Source: Microgenomates group bacterium Gr01-1014_16 (GTDB lineage Bacteria; Patescibacteriota; Microgenomatia; CAZETR01; Amesbacteraceae). From it: a stretch of 59,746 nucleotides of DNA. The notes under the pieces were generated by a model that worked only from the letters and a program-made list of their open reading frames with translations, was not told the origin of the DNA and did not search any database. Below are positions 37,471 to 47,804 of this stretch, piece by piece; the stretch's first letter is position 1, and each line of letters begins with the position of its first letter. The position numbers and the translations under genes are program-made. The stretch is from positions 1-59,746 of the forward strand of contig VMGA01000001.1 in the NCBI GenBank assembly GCA_007376345.1, read 5' to 3'.

Positions 37471-38087
37471 GTGACTGTGTGGTAAACCATCATTAAATAA
37501 CTCAAAAAAAGCCCGTGCTTGCCGTCGAGAAAACCTTTATGCCATAAATAACGGCGGAGAAAATCATAAAAAGGGTTTGTTGTTTTTGACTCTAAGGACG
37601 TGTATGTGTTCATCTTGGCAATAAACTCTTCTACTGTTCTGTAATTTTGATGAATTTTGTAATTAGTTAGTTTGCCAACTTTGCCATTAACTTTAACTTC
37701 TTCGTGGACATTGTTGGACCAGTGAGATTTGTTTTTGTTGAATAACCAAATATGTGTATCACTTGAAGGTTCCCAGTTTGAGTGATAAATAGGTTTGCCA
37801 AAAATATAGTTCAGCCTTGGCATTAAATAGGCATCGTAAGAAAAGTCTAGATTCTTTATTTCTTCAATTAACTGTGGAGATAGCCATTCGTCAGCGTCGA
37901 GAGAGAAAACCCAGTCGTGTTTGCATTTGGAGACTGCGTAATTTTTTTGGTCAGAGTAATTTATAAACTTGTGATCGGCATTGGTAATAATAACCACGTC
38001 ATCAGAAATTTTATTGGCGCTTTCGAGACACTGGGGTAAAATAAGCGCCCGGTCTTTAGCGATGATGGCCACGGATAAGTTGGTCAT
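37446..38087 (-). CDS. GT2 glycosyltransferase
   Basis: LSVAIIAKD, QKN, WVFSLDADE, VHE. Confidence 0.85.
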   Translation of the reverse strand: MTNLSVAIIAKDRALILPQCLESANKISDDVVIITNADHKFINYSDQKNYAVSKCKHDWVFSLDADEWLSPQLIEEIKNLDFSYDAYLMPRLNYIFGKPIYHSNWEPSSDTHIWLFNKNKSHWSNNVHEEVKVNGKVGKLTNYKIHQNYRTVEEFIAKMNTYTSLESKTTNPFYDFLRRYLWHKGFLDGKHGLFLSYLMMVYHTVTWVKRKLS

Positions 38088-38928
38088 ATTTTTGAGTAAT
38101 TTTGTCCCAGGAAAATTTTTCGGCTTGTGACCTAGGCAAGTTACCCCAGTCCCGGGATAGGGCAGTACGGATGACCGCGGCTAATTCGGCCGGATTTTCG
38201 GGATGGGAGACAAACTTGCCGGCATTGCCAATTATTTCACGGCGGATCGGGTCGTTGGAAGTGACGACCGGCAAATTGGAGGCCATGGCTTCCAGAAATA
38301 CCAGGCCAAAAGCTTCCCAAGGTTGGGGGACAAAACAGAATACATTAGCGTTTTTATAAATTTCCGGCATTTTTTCAAAGGGGACTTGTTCCGGTTGTCC
38401 AGGGCCGACAATCCTCAATTTGACACCAGGAAGTAATTTGATAGCACTGGATACTAATTTAACGCGTTTCGCAGGATGGTTGGCGGCAACGCATAAGACA
38501 ACCGGTTTTTTTGGCTTGGTACCCGGAGTAAAAGTGTTTATATCGACGGCGTGGGGAACAACTTCGATCTTGGTCCAGGGAAGCTTGAATCTAGCAGCCC
38601 AAACCGCCTGGGCTCTGGTAAAACAGACAAATGTGTTCGGACAGCATAAAAGATTCCATTTATCGTCTGCTCCCGGGCCGGAGTGGCTAAAAATGACTAG
38701 GGGCTTTCGCAGTGTCCAGCTCAATAAGCGAGCCAGAACGGATTGAAACCTGCCGTTTGTCGGTATAATCAAGTCATACTTGATCCAGTAAAATGGATTA
38801 AGAGCAAGTGACCCATTTAATATGTCTATTTGATAACCCTTGACGTGATCCTGAACGTTTTTTGACCACGACTCTACTCCTCTATTGTTAACTCCAGAAT
38901 AATAAGAAAGTATGGCTATTTTTTTCAT
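38056..38928 (-). CDS. GT4 glycosyltransferase
   Basis: RGVESW, PHAVD, EAFGLVFLEAMASNLPVV, FSWD. Confidence 0.88.
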   Translation of the reverse strand: MKKIAILSYYSGVNNRGVESWSKNVQDHVKGYQIDILNGSLALNPFYWIKYDLIIPTNGRFQSVLARLLSWTLRKPLVIFSHSGPGADDKWNLLCCPNTFVCFTRAQAVWAARFKLPWTKIEVVPHAVDINTFTPGTKPKKPVVLCVAANHPAKRVKLVSSAIKLLPGVKLRIVGPGQPEQVPFEKMPEIYKNANVFCFVPQPWEAFGLVFLEAMASNLPVVTSNDPIRREIIGNAGKFVSHPENPAELAAVIRTALSRDWGNLPRSQAEKFSWDKITQKYDQLIRGHHR

Positions 38929-39630
38929 TTAGTCAACGAATTTGTATTTAATTAGGGTCCAGACGGCAATAAGGCCGTCGCGCCAGCCGATTTTTTTGCC
39001 CTGCGCATAACTTCTAGGGTTAACTTTGATGGGTACTTCAATTATTTTGATACCACGTTGCAAAATCTTGGCCGTTATTTCGGGCTCGATGTCAAAGCGA
39101 TTGGACTTGAGACGCAAAGACAAAAAAACGTCACGCCTGATGGCTTTATAACATGTTTCCATGTCAGTTACCGACCGGTTAAATAATAAATTTGTCAAAA
39201 GGGTGAGAAAATGATTGGCGAGCCAGTGAACCGGCATGGGGGTTTTTTGAGGACCATAAAACCTAAGAGGATAGTTTATTAAACGACTGCCATAAACGAC
39301 GCGGGTATCCACATTTTTGAAAGGCGTTAATAATTTGAGATAGTCACGGGGATCGTATTCGAGATCGGCGTCCTGGATTAAAACCACATCGCCCGTGGCA
39401 TGATTGAGGCCGGTTCTGATGGCAGCCCCCTTACCTAAATTTTGGGGGTGAGAAATTAAAATGCAACTTGATTTGGGAATAAACGCAAGAGTGCGGTCGG
39501 TCGAGGCATCGTTGACCACGATTATTTCTTTGATAAATCCCGAAGGAATCCGGGCGGCAAAAACCCGTTTGAGAATTTGGGCAATAGTTTTTTGTTCGTT
39601 GAAAACGGGTATTATTATCGAGACCTTCAT
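38929..39630 (-). CDS. GT2 polyprenol-phosphate glycosyltransferase (DPM1-like)
   Basis: SIIIPVFNE, NLGKGAA, QDADLEYDP, VYGSR, TDMETCYK. Start reassigned to MKVSII. Confidence 0.9.
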   Translation of the reverse strand: MKVSIIIPVFNEQKTIAQILKRVFAARIPSGFIKEIIVVNDASTDRTLAFIPKSSCILISHPQNLGKGAAIRTGLNHATGDVVLIQDADLEYDPRDYLKLLTPFKNVDTRVVYGSRLINYPLRFYGPQKTPMPVHWLANHFLTLLTNLLFNRSVTDMETCYKAIRRDVFLSLRLKSNRFDIEPEITAKILQRGIKIIEVPIKVNPRSYAQGKKIGWRDGLIAVWTLIKYKFVD

Positions 39631-40325
39631 GGTTTTTGGACAATAATTATAAGTGACAGGCCAATCGGAAAATGAACGCGTCTTTCGAGCCAAAGGATTG
39701 GACGAAAGGCTATGTCAAAAAACTTGACAGACATTAGAGGGATTGATCCCTTTTTCAAAATTTTTCCAATAATAAACCATCCGATTAAGCCTGCTGGATT
39801 AATATAAAAGGATTTTATTTCCTGAAAGCCTTCTCTCCTTGTTAGACCGTTTATTTGACCAATTGAATATCTTTTGACGTGACCTAGGTTTTTGTCTAAA
39901 GATGAATAAGCGAAATTAAAAGCCGGAACTAAAATAATTGCCTTGCCACCTGGCTTTAACATGGCGTAAATGTTTTTTATAGCCTGTGATATCTTTGGAA
40001 CATGCTCTAAGACGTTCAAGGTGACAACCGTATCAAACTTGCTACGGAGCCGGGCGGGGAGTATGGAACTTTGAAGGTCGAATTGAAAGATATCTTCCTT
40101 TGGATGTGTACGGGCGATTTGGTGAAGGTATGAAGGGTTGATATCGATAGCCGTGATTGAAATGTTGTCTCTCTTAAAAAAATTTAGGAAGTTGCCGGTT
40201 CCGACACCCGCTTCCGCGACTTTGCCTGAAATCCAGGGACGAATCAGCGAATAAAGCCACTGATTATAATATTCGGCCTGGTTCATGATTTCCAATGTTT
40301 GCTCGCCTACAGGATCGGATGGCAT
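39627..40325 (-). CDS. Class I SAM-dependent methyltransferase
   Basis: EAGVGTGN, FDTVVTLNVLEHV, LKPGG, VPA, GHVKRY. Confidence 0.88.
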   Translation of the reverse strand: MPSDPVGEQTLEIMNQAEYYNQWLYSLIRPWISGKVAEAGVGTGNFLNFFKRDNISITAIDINPSYLHQIARTHPKEDIFQFDLQSSILPARLRSKFDTVVTLNVLEHVPKISQAIKNIYAMLKPGGKAIILVPAFNFAYSSLDKNLGHVKRYSIGQINGLTRREGFQEIKSFYINPAGLIGWFIIGKILKKGSIPLMSVKFFDIAFRPILWLERRVHFPIGLSLIIIVQKP

Positions 40326-40366
40326 GTAAACGATTTTATCAGTTTTTTGAGTGTATACTTCTCACA

Positions 40367-42124
40367 ATGTGCGGAATAGCCGGAAAGATATGTTTTGGCG
40401 GAAGAACTATCAGAGAAGAGGAACTTTTGGATATGTCTGGCAAGATAATCCATCGCGGCCCTGATGATGAAGGAATATTTATTTCAAAGGACAAACGGGT
40501 GGGGTTGGTCAGCCGGAGGTTGGCAATAGTAGATTTGTCTAATAAGGGACACCAACCAATGGAATATAAAAATCGATATTGGATTGTATTTAACGGTGAA
40601 ATTTATAACTTCCAACAGGAGGCGAAGCGTCTTGAAAAAATGGGGTATAAATTCCACTCGCAATCGGACACGGAGGTGATTTTGGCACTGTATGATGAAT
40701 ATGGAACAGGTTGCTTGGAATACTTGAGAGGAATGTTTGCTTTTGCCATCTATGACGCAAAGAACAAAACAGTCTTTTTGGCCAGAGATAGAATGGGGGT
40801 GAAACCGTTGAAATATTACTGGGACGGGAAAACATTTATATTCGCTTCCGAACTGAAAGCAATACTTACACAGCGGGAGGTGAAGAGACATCCCGATTGG
40901 CTGGCAATACATTACTATTTGACCTTGGGATATTGTCCGGCTCCAATGACGGGTTTTGAAAAAATATACAAGTTGGAACCGGCAAGTTATTTACTCATTA
41001 ATTTGAGATCCTGCCAAATCGAGAAGAAAAAATACTGGCATTTGGATTTTAATAAAAAGTTGAATTTATCTGAAGGAGAATGGAAAGAAAGAATTTTGAC
41101 TGAATTGGAGACCGCTACCAAATTGAGAATGATTTCAGATGTGCCAGTCGGCGCGTTTTTGTCGGGAGGAGTGGATTCGAGCGCGGTGGTGGCTCTGATG
41201 GCAAAAAACTCATCCAGACCTATTAAAACCTTTACCATAGGCTTTGAGGATCCAGACGACGACGAGAGACAATACGCTAAAACAATTGCCAAAAAATTTG
41301 GGACAGACCACTTGGAGTTGGTGGCCAGCCCGCAATCGCTGGAGTTACTACCCGAAGTTGTCAGACAATACGAGGAACCTTTTGCTGATGGCAGCGCGAT
41401 AATTGCATTTATGATTAGTCGATTGGCGGGAAAATTTGTCAAAGTAATACTGAATGGAGACGGAAGCGATGAGAGTTTTTGCGGGTATTTGCGGCACAAT
41501 AAATTGCAAAGGGACTATTGGCTGGGTAAATTCAACAAATTTATGCCCATAGCCGGGATGGCCGGTATGGGGTGGCCGAGGATGAAAAGATTAATAGACA
41601 GGCAAGACACTGACATCAGAGAAAGGTACTTGGAATATAACTGCTACTTCACCAAATCGGAAAAATTGAAAATATATGACCAGGAATCGGATAACGGCGT
41701 GTATGAGCTGTGGAAGGCGCGGTGCGATGAAGCCCGGGTTGATGATGTACGAGATCAGCTGTTGTATGCCGATTTGACTTATTATTTTCCGGATAGCCAA
41801 TTGACTAAAGTTGACATTGCTAGCATGGCAGCCAGCCTCGAGGCCAGATCTCCATTTACCGATTACAAAATGATGGAATTAGCCGCTAGTATCCCCTACA
41901 ACTTAAAGGTTAGGAACGGGGTAAATAAGTATATCCTCAAAAAATCACTCGAGGGACTGGTACCGAAAGAAAACTTGTACCGGAAAAAAATGGGTTTTTC
42001 CATACCATTGGTCAAATGGTTCGGCGGGGAATTGAATGGATATACTTTTTCGCAAATAAACCCCAAACTCTGGAATCTATTGACTCTGGACTTGTGGTAT
42101 GGAGAGTATTTTGGAAGTCAGTAG
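40367..42124 (+). CDS. asnB: Asparagine synthase (glutamine-hydrolysing) amidotransferase
   Basis: MCGIAG (N-terminal Cys), HRGPD, RRLAIVDL, FNGEIYN, FLSGGVDSS, LEARSPF. Start reassigned to 40367. Confidence 0.93.
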   Translation: MCGIAGKICFGGRTIREEELLDMSGKIIHRGPDDEGIFISKDKRVGLVSRRLAIVDLSNKGHQPMEYKNRYWIVFNGEIYNFQQEAKRLEKMGYKFHSQSDTEVILALYDEYGTGCLEYLRGMFAFAIYDAKNKTVFLARDRMGVKPLKYYWDGKTFIFASELKAILTQREVKRHPDWLAIHYYLTLGYCPAPMTGFEKIYKLEPASYLLINLRSCQIEKKKYWHLDFNKKLNLSEGEWKERILTELETATKLRMISDVPVGAFLSGGVDSSAVVALMAKNSSRPIKTFTIGFEDPDDDERQYAKTIAKKFGTDHLELVASPQSLELLPEVVRQYEEPFADGSAIIAFMISRLAGKFVKVILNGDGSDESFCGYLRHNKLQRDYWLGKFNKFMPIAGMAGMGWPRMKRLIDRQDTDIRERYLEYNCYFTKSEKLKIYDQESDNGVYELWKARCDEARVDDVRDQLLYADLTYYFPDSQLTKVDIASMAASLEARSPFTDYKMMELAASIPYNLKVRNGVNKYILKKSLEGLVPKENLYRKKMGFSIPLVKWFGGELNGYTFSQINPKLWNLLTLDLWYGEYFGSQ

Positions 42125-42145
42125 CCGCTATGTTAAAATAAAGCC

Positions 42146-42460
42146 GTGAGTCCACATCTTCAGTCAGAAGTCACCAGCATCACTAGGCAGCTTATTAGCA
42201 AGTATCGCCCGGTCAAAATTATCCTTTTTGGCTCCGGCGCAAGAAACGATCCCCACGCTAACGACTTGGATTTTTTAATCATCAAAAACGACGTACCCAA
42301 CCGCAGTCTTGACCGGATGCGCCAGGTTCGCTCCCTCGTTCAAAAAAAGGCCGCCGCAGATTTTCTGATCATGACTGAGTTCGAACTTCAGGAACGGATC
42401 AGTTTGCAGGATCCATTTGCCCTGCAAATAACTCAGCACGGCCAGCTTCTTTATGGCTAA
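42146..42460 (+). CDS. Minimal nucleotidyltransferase (MNT)
   Basis: KIILFGSGAR....DLDFLII, 104 aa; overlaps the HEPN gene. Confidence 0.88.
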   Translation: MSPHLQSEVTSITRQLISKYRPVKIILFGSGARNDPHANDLDFLIIKNDVPNRSLDRMRQVRSLVQKKAAADFLIMTEFELQERISLQDPFALQITQHGQLLYG

Positions 42461-43259
42461 ACCAAAAATTGTCAACGAATGGATTAAGTTGGCTGACGAA
42501 GATTACGGCTTTGCCTGTTCCAATTTGTCAGACCCCGATGCAATCTACTTCGGTTTTATTTGTTTCCACTTCCAGCAGTCGGCCGAAAAGTATTTCAAAG
42601 CGTATATCGTTGCCAAAAGCCTAGAATTCACCAAAATCCACGATCTGGACTCTCTGTGTCAGATTTGCCTGGCGGACAATCCCAAATTCGATGAACTTAA
42701 AGACGAATGTCTTTTCCTCAACGACTTCTACGTCGCCACCCGTTACCCGGTCACAGTCCCTCCGTCCTTTTCTCGCGTGGAGGCGCAGCAAGCAAAAACA
42801 GCCGTGGAAAAAATATCCAAATTGGTAAAAACTTTCCTTGTAGACCCTAAAAATTCCGATATCAGTAAAGCCGCGGGGATAATTATTGTGGATCGAAAAT
42901 TACTGGTCGAAAAAGATTTCGATAAAGAATTTTACATCGCCCCTGGTGGTAAGTTAGATCCCGGTGAAACTCCAAAACAGGCCCTCGTCAGAGAGCTCAA
43001 AGAAGAATTTCTAATTGACGTCAGCGAGAATGATCTGGAAGAATTTGGTTCTTTCTCCGCACCGTCTTCCGGTCAGGAACACCGGACTATTCATATGTAC
43101 TGTTTTATAGTCAAAAAGTGTTGGGGAGAAATCTCCCTTGGCCATAAAGTGGAAAAGCTTCTTTGGCTCACTTCACAGATTCCCGACGGCATAAAAGTAG
43201 GGTCGATTTTTGAGCACGAAGTCATCCCCCGCCTCAAAGCCCAAAATCTAATAGACTGA
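42453..43259 (+). CDS. HEPN domain fused to a Nudix hydrolase
   Basis: N-terminal W...A.ED, FHFQQSAEKYFKA, KIHDL, YVATRYP; C-terminal Nudix box PGGKLDPGETPKQALVRELKEEF. Confidence 0.85.
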   Translation: MAKPKIVNEWIKLADEDYGFACSNLSDPDAIYFGFICFHFQQSAEKYFKAYIVAKSLEFTKIHDLDSLCQICLADNPKFDELKDECLFLNDFYVATRYPVTVPPSFSRVEAQQAKTAVEKISKLVKTFLVDPKNSDISKAAGIIIVDRKLLVEKDFDKEFYIAPGGKLDPGETPKQALVRELKEEFLIDVSENDLEEFGSFSAPSSGQEHRTIHMYCFIVKKCWGEISLGHKVEKLLWLTSQIPDGIKVGSIFEHEVIPRLKAQNLID

Positions 43260-43269
43260 TTTTCAACAG

Positions 43270-44097
43270 TCAGTAGCCGTTGGTTGATGAGTGAAATAAC
43301 TTTCTTTTAACCAATTTGAAAGGGGATTGGATCAAGGTAGCCAGCAGATATCCCGGACTTCTCGGCTTCCAAGGCGAAGGAATTATGTGGGGGTGCGGTA
43401 AATAAAATGGCTTGGGATAAATGAAATCCCGGGAAAAGGGAATGCCCAAATCAAACTTGCGCTTGAATGAACGTTTCATAACGCCACCGTCATGAGAAGA
43501 GCGGATGAGATGGGTAGCATGCAAATACGGCAGATCTAAAAAGTGCCCTCGAAACGGTTTGCGATCTTGGATGAGAGTATTTGCATCATCGAATAACCCT
43601 TGTTGGCCGTGGGGTTTGCTGAAGTGGAGTTTTGGTAACAATTTTAAGTTTACAAATCTGATAGTTATGTGGCCGGAATACTCATCAATTTTGTATCTTC
43701 CGGCTGATTTATCCTGGTAGTGAAACACGTCCCCTACCAGGTTGTAATAGGGGTGGATGAGATATTCATAAGGGTTCGCTGATTTGTTTATGAAACTTAT
43801 GGTTTGGCGAATTGATGCTTCCGGCCAGATTTCGTCACCGTCTAATATTAATAGCCAGTCCGATTTTGTGGCCTCCAACATTTCCTGACGGATGGTAGTA
43901 AGTGCATCGGGGTCAATGTGGGTGGAGTGAAGAAATTTGATTTTGGGACTGGAAATTGTCTTTATAATTTTAATTGTATTGTCGGTGGATCCGGTATCCC
44001 AAACTATGATTTCGTCAACGAAACTCAAAACCGAATTTAGGGAATGCCAGATCCAGTTCTGTTCATTTTTAACTATGGAATGGGCGGTTATTTTCAT
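43270..44097 (-). CDS. GT2 glycosyltransferase
   Basis: IVKNE, WDTGSTDNT, WLLILDGDEIW. Start reassigned to MKITAH. Confidence 0.85.
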   Translation of the reverse strand: MKITAHSIVKNEQNWIWHSLNSVLSFVDEIIVWDTGSTDNTIKIIKTISSPKIKFLHSTHIDPDALTTIRQEMLEATKSDWLLILDGDEIWPEASIRQTISFINKSANPYEYLIHPYYNLVGDVFHYQDKSAGRYKIDEYSGHITIRFVNLKLLPKLHFSKPHGQQGLFDDANTLIQDRKPFRGHFLDLPYLHATHLIRSSHDGGVMKRSFKRKFDLGIPFSRDFIYPKPFYLPHPHIIPSPWKPRSPGYLLATLIQSPFKLVKRKLFHSSTNGY

Positions 44098-44099
44098 AT

Positions 44100-44191
44100 T
44101 AATACCCACGACCTTACGGTCGGGGTATTATATCGCTGTCGGACTTCGTCCGATTTTTGGCAACCCCCGATTTAACGATCGGGGTTTTGCC
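44100..44191. repeat. Three stacked hairpins overlapping the 3' end of the flippase gene
   Basis: TAATACCC..CGACC-TTAC-GGTCG-GGGTATTA; TCGGAC-TTC-GTCCGA; GGCAA.CCCCGAT-TTAACG-ATCGGGG..TTGCC. Confidence 0.7.
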
Positions 44192-45436
44192 GCGATGGAA
44201 ATACCTCAAGCAAATAAGGGCTAAAACGATGTGACTGCCTAGAACCGAAAGAGCGGTGCCAACAACGCCAAGCGAGGGAGTCAGGAGCCGAATGAGAATC
44301 ACTAAAGCTATTCCCTGGGCAAGATTGGCCCAAAAGAAAAAGCGGGGACGATGGAGAAAATAGAGCAGATAATCTCTTAACGGATTGCCTGCCATGAATA
44401 TTATCAACGAAAGCAAGAGAACCAGAAAGGGAGTGAAGGCGGGACCAAAGTCTTTACCCGCTACCCAAATGACCAGAACCGCCACCGGAACCATAACCAG
44501 AGCTACGGCCAATCCGATTCCGGTAGTAAATAGAGTAGTTTTTTTTAAGTAAATGTCCGCTTGGGACTGATGTTTGAAACCGGCGAATTTAGCCGAAGTA
44601 ACGGCGCCAATGCTGCTGGAAATTTGGGGAAGAAAGGAAACCATAGTGACGGCCAGGGAGTAGGCTCCTATTGATGACAAATCCATGTACCTGCCGGAGA
44701 GGAGCACGTCCAGACGGGAAATGAGGGAGGACAAAACCATGAAGGCCGCTGTCCATTTGCTAAAATTCCAGAATTTATGGAAGTGGGCCAGACCTACGGG
44801 AGTGGTAATTATGCGCCGGTCCAACCAAAGCCAGGAAACGGCGAAGCCAGCGGTTGATGAGATAGAAAAAATAAGCAGAGATGTGAGGGGGTTAACAAGA
44901 CGCATGGAAAATAACAGACCCAAAAGCAACAATCTGAACAAATTCGGGCCTACTTGCAGACCACCCCAAACAAAAAATTTCTGCTGGGCTTGGGAAATTG
45001 AAACTGAAAACGATATCAACAAGTAAGAGAAAATTCCAAACCCCACAGCAGGGAGAAGGGGTTGCAATCCCGGTTGACGAAAAACCATGACGGCTATCGG
45101 TTTGGCAAAAAGCCACAAGGCCAGCCAACAAAGGCAACCGGCGACGAGTTTTGTGCGCAGTGCTAAGGAGGCGTATGGCAGATAGGCATCGCTACCGCGG
45201 TTTTGTCCGACAAACCTGACCAGCGCCGGCCCCATGCCGATGTCAGCCACGGTAACAATGAGAATCAGGGTGTATAAACTAAGGGAAAACAGTCCATAAC
45301 TGCCGGCTCCCATAACCCGGGCTAAAGCCAGATAAAAGACCGCACCGAGGGCGGCCGAAAGAAAAGTGGAAACTGAAGTAACGGCCGATTGGCGAAATGT
45401 ATGGGTATTTAAGACAAGTTTAATTCGCTCGCGCAT
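44114..45436 (-). CDS. Wzx-like oligosaccharide flippase
   Basis: About 12 TM helices; LARVMG...YG, DIGMG.ALVRF, D...G.YS.A. Confidence 0.82.
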   Translation of the reverse strand: MRERIKLVLNTHTFRQSAVTSVSTFLSAALGAVFYLALARVMGAGSYGLFSLSLYTLILIVTVADIGMGPALVRFVGQNRGSDAYLPYASLALRTKLVAGCLCWLALWLFAKPIAVMVFRQPGLQPLLPAVGFGIFSYLLISFSVSISQAQQKFFVWGGLQVGPNLFRLLLLGLLFSMRLVNPLTSLLIFSISSTAGFAVSWLWLDRRIITTPVGLAHFHKFWNFSKWTAAFMVLSSLISRLDVLLSGRYMDLSSIGAYSLAVTMVSFLPQISSSIGAVTSAKFAGFKHQSQADIYLKKTTLFTTGIGLAVALVMVPVAVLVIWVAGKDFGPAFTPFLVLLLSLIIFMAGNPLRDYLLYFLHRPRFFFWANLAQGIALVILIRLLTPSLGVVGTALSVLGSHIVLALICLRYFHRGKTPIVKSGVAKNRTKSDSDIIPRP

Positions 45437-46632
45437 AATTTGGCTACCTTACTCCCTAATTCTACGGCATAATTGGTGCCCCTGTCCCAGGGATATACCT
45501 GCTGGATGTTGGCGAGGTAGAGATTTGGGATAGAAGTGATGAGAGGGGGAATGAAGTGATTGAGAAGTACAATCGGTTGGGCAAAGGGGGCGGTCCAGAG
45601 CCAGGATTTCCTAATCCATGATTTGTTGAAATCAGGGTTGATTTGCTGTAAAAAGGGGAGAAATTCCGTGAGTAACTGAGCTTGTGAATAGCTGTAATAT
45701 TTGTGCCCGGCCGGAAGATAATTGCCAACATAAACCAGGTGATCGCCGCCGTAGTGGGACTGGTCAATAAAATTGGTGTGTTCGGTAACACATACAAAAG
45801 GCATTTTCCGATCGTTGATATTGAGCCAATATGTGCCGTCTGTTAAGAATTGTTTTTTGAGGGCGAGTACCAGGTTAACAGCTCCAAGCCCGGGCAGGGA
45901 TGGATACCGCAGACCCGAAATTTTGGAAAACAGGTGGGTGGGGAGAGTGCAAATAATTTTGTCGAATTTTTTCAGCTCGGATAGGCTCGTTATCTGTTTG
46001 TGGTAAATGAATTTGGCGCCGTATTTTTTGGCGGCAGATTCAATGGATTGAGCCAGCGAGAGAAAACCTCCGCGGGGGTAGCCCAGAGAGGCGGAGCGTG
46101 GGCGGATGCGGCCGTAAAACCAAACGGCTGCTATTTGACCGGCATAATCGTGGAATTTTCCCCGAAACAGCGGTTCCCAAAGTTTATTCCAGGATTTTTC
46201 ACCCATGAGAGTAGTGATATATTTTTTGGCAGTGAACAATTCAAATGGCTTATAAATAGGATTAAAGCGCATGAGGGATAAACCGAAAGCGGTGCGCAGG
46301 CGGTCAAGAATTGACAGGTGGGAAAATTTAAGCAGACTGCCCGGTGAGTCCAGTTGGGTAATCATATTGTCTATCCAGGTGGAAGTTTTGGGTCGGTAAA
46401 AATCAATGGGGTGGCCTATTTTGTCAGCCAGTTCTTTTATTATGGTATCGGTAGTAAACAAGTGATGATAATGCTTTTCTAAGGGCCAATCCCACTTGGG
46501 GTCTTTAAAACCGACAGCTAAACCGCCGGGCTGGTCATCTTTTTCAAAAACCGTGACATCGTGTCCGGCTTTGGACAAATAATACGCCGCACCTAATCCA
46601 GCAAACCCCGCGCCGATAATTGCAACTTTCAT
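45409..46632 (-). CDS. FAD-dependent oxidoreductase (amine oxidase-like)
   Basis: [15 protein letters not shown]...[20 protein letters not shown]. Confidence 0.85.
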   Translation of the reverse strand: MKVAIIGAGFAGLGAAYYLSKAGHDVTVFEKDDQPGGLAVGFKDPKWDWPLEKHYHHLFTTDTIIKELADKIGHPIDFYRPKTSTWIDNMITQLDSPGSLLKFSHLSILDRLRTAFGLSLMRFNPIYKPFELFTAKKYITTLMGEKSWNKLWEPLFRGKFHDYAGQIAAVWFYGRIRPRSASLGYPRGGFLSLAQSIESAAKKYGAKFIYHKQITSLSELKKFDKIICTLPTHLFSKISGLRYPSLPGLGAVNLVLALKKQFLTDGTYWLNINDRKMPFVCVTEHTNFIDQSHYGGDHLVYVGNYLPAGHKYYSYSQAQLLTEFLPFLQQINPDFNKSWIRKSWLWTAPFAQPIVLLNHFIPPLITSIPNLYLANIQQVYPWDRGTNYAVELGSKVAKLCASELNLS

Positions 46633-46634
46633 AA

Positions 46635-47108
46635 TTAGTTTATTGCAGAGCTGACTTTCTCGTTAATTGAAATTAATTTAGGATAATCTAAAAATACACT
46701 GACATTTCTGAAAAAGCCCATGGAACCAAGAATACCTGTTTGTTGAGGAAGGGATATGGGAAAACCTGACTTTGTGAACCCCATGATATCCTTATACTCT
46801 ATTGGTTCATGTTTGTTTTCGGGATCTTCGACTTTAATTCCTACCCTGTGATAATAAATTTTGATTGAACTGCCACCAATTCCATAGGTAAGGAATGGTT
46901 TTCCGATTGCAATATCGTAACCCAAATATTCGCCAATTTCGCTGGTAAAAAATGTCGTGTCCGATCCTGAATCTATTAGGCAGTACGCATCAATTGTTCT
47001 CGACTCGTTCTTTGGATTGAAGATGGAGATATTTATCCAGGGAACTATCCTGTTTATTTTCTGGTGTTTGGCATTAAACCCAAACGCCAGTATATATTCG
47101 AAGTCCAT
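46635..47108 (-). CDS. Retropepsin-like aspartic protease
   Basis: [12 protein letters not shown] flap, GILG..GFF. Confidence 0.75.
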   Translation of the reverse strand: MDFEYILAFGFNAKHQKINRIVPWINISIFNPKNESRTIDAYCLIDSGSDTTFFTSEIGEYLGYDIAIGKPFLTYGIGGSSIKIYYHRVGIKVEDPENKHEPIEYKDIMGFTKSGFPISLPQQTGILGSMGFFRNVSVFLDYPKLISINEKVSSAIN

Positions 47109-47110
47109 AC

Positions 47111-47296
47111 TTAACCCGCAAAGTTGACATCAAATCGCCCTACCTTGAAAACAATTGGGTTGGATATTTTTTCTTTCCTGGCCTTGGACATCGCAATTTC
47201 AAGTGTTTTTCCGCTTCCAACTAGTGACTTGTCTTTGGGTGAAAGAGCGACCCATCCACTTTTTACTTTTGTTAATATCTTAGTTAAATCTGTCAC
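47111..47296 (-). CDS. Small DUF5678-like protein
   Basis: GWVAL....LVGSGKTL..A..KA......P..FKV, 61 aa; 2 nt upstream of the protease gene. Confidence 0.65.
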   Translation of the reverse strand: MTDLTKILTKVKSGWVALSPKDKSLVGSGKTLEIAMSKARKEKISNPIVFKVGRFDVNFAG

Positions 47297-47313
47297 TTGT
47301 TTATTATACTACA
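47297..47313. promoter_or_regulatory. Symmetric bidirectional -10 element serving two leaderless genes
   Basis: TATTAT (+, 47302-47307) and TATAAT (-, 47308-47303), each 6 nt from its start codon; the starts are 18 bp apart. Confidence 0.6.
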
Positions 47314-47799
47314 ATGAAACGGGCAATTTTCATTGGGCAGGCGATGCCCAGGTTTAAAAAGGATCCGCACGACTGGCCGACGTTAAACACTTGGCTGTAT
47401 TCAATCGGAATCTGCCATGAGGAAATCGTCAGAAATTTTTTTTATTCGGCTCTGGTCGATTATTTTCCGGGTTCCAAAAATGGATCGCATCTGGTGCCAA
47501 CCGCTGAAGAAATTACAAAAGAGCGAATCAGATTGATTAAGACGATCGAAAATTTTTCTCCGGATATTGTTGTACCGATCGGTAAACTGTCTATTTCGCA
47601 CTGTTTGAGTCAACAAATTGGGTTGGCGGAAGTGATTGGAAAAAAGTTTGTGGCTGATCCTTACGGCGCTTTGGGCTATGGCTTGAACATTATCCCTCTC
47701 CCCCACCCTTCCGGCGCCAGCACGTGGCACAGAAAGCCAAAAAATAAAATATTATTAAATCGGGCATTGGATGTTTTGAAATCAAATCTTAATCTCTAA
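47314..47799 (+). CDS. Uracil-DNA glycosylase superfamily protein
   Basis: IFIGQAMP, FPG, PDIVVPIG, IPLPHPSGAS. Confidence 0.75.
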   Translation: MKRAIFIGQAMPRFKKDPHDWPTLNTWLYSIGICHEEIVRNFFYSALVDYFPGSKNGSHLVPTAEEITKERIRLIKTIENFSPDIVVPIGKLSISHCLSQQIGLAEVIGKKFVADPYGALGYGLNIIPLPHPSGASTWHRKPKNKILLNRALDVLKSNLNL

Positions 47800-47804
47800 A
47801 TCCA

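Noticed and set aside
40295-40366. N-terminal extension of asnB
   Set aside because: Ntn amidotransferases need Cys at position 2 (MCG at 40367), and the extension overlaps the divergent gene.
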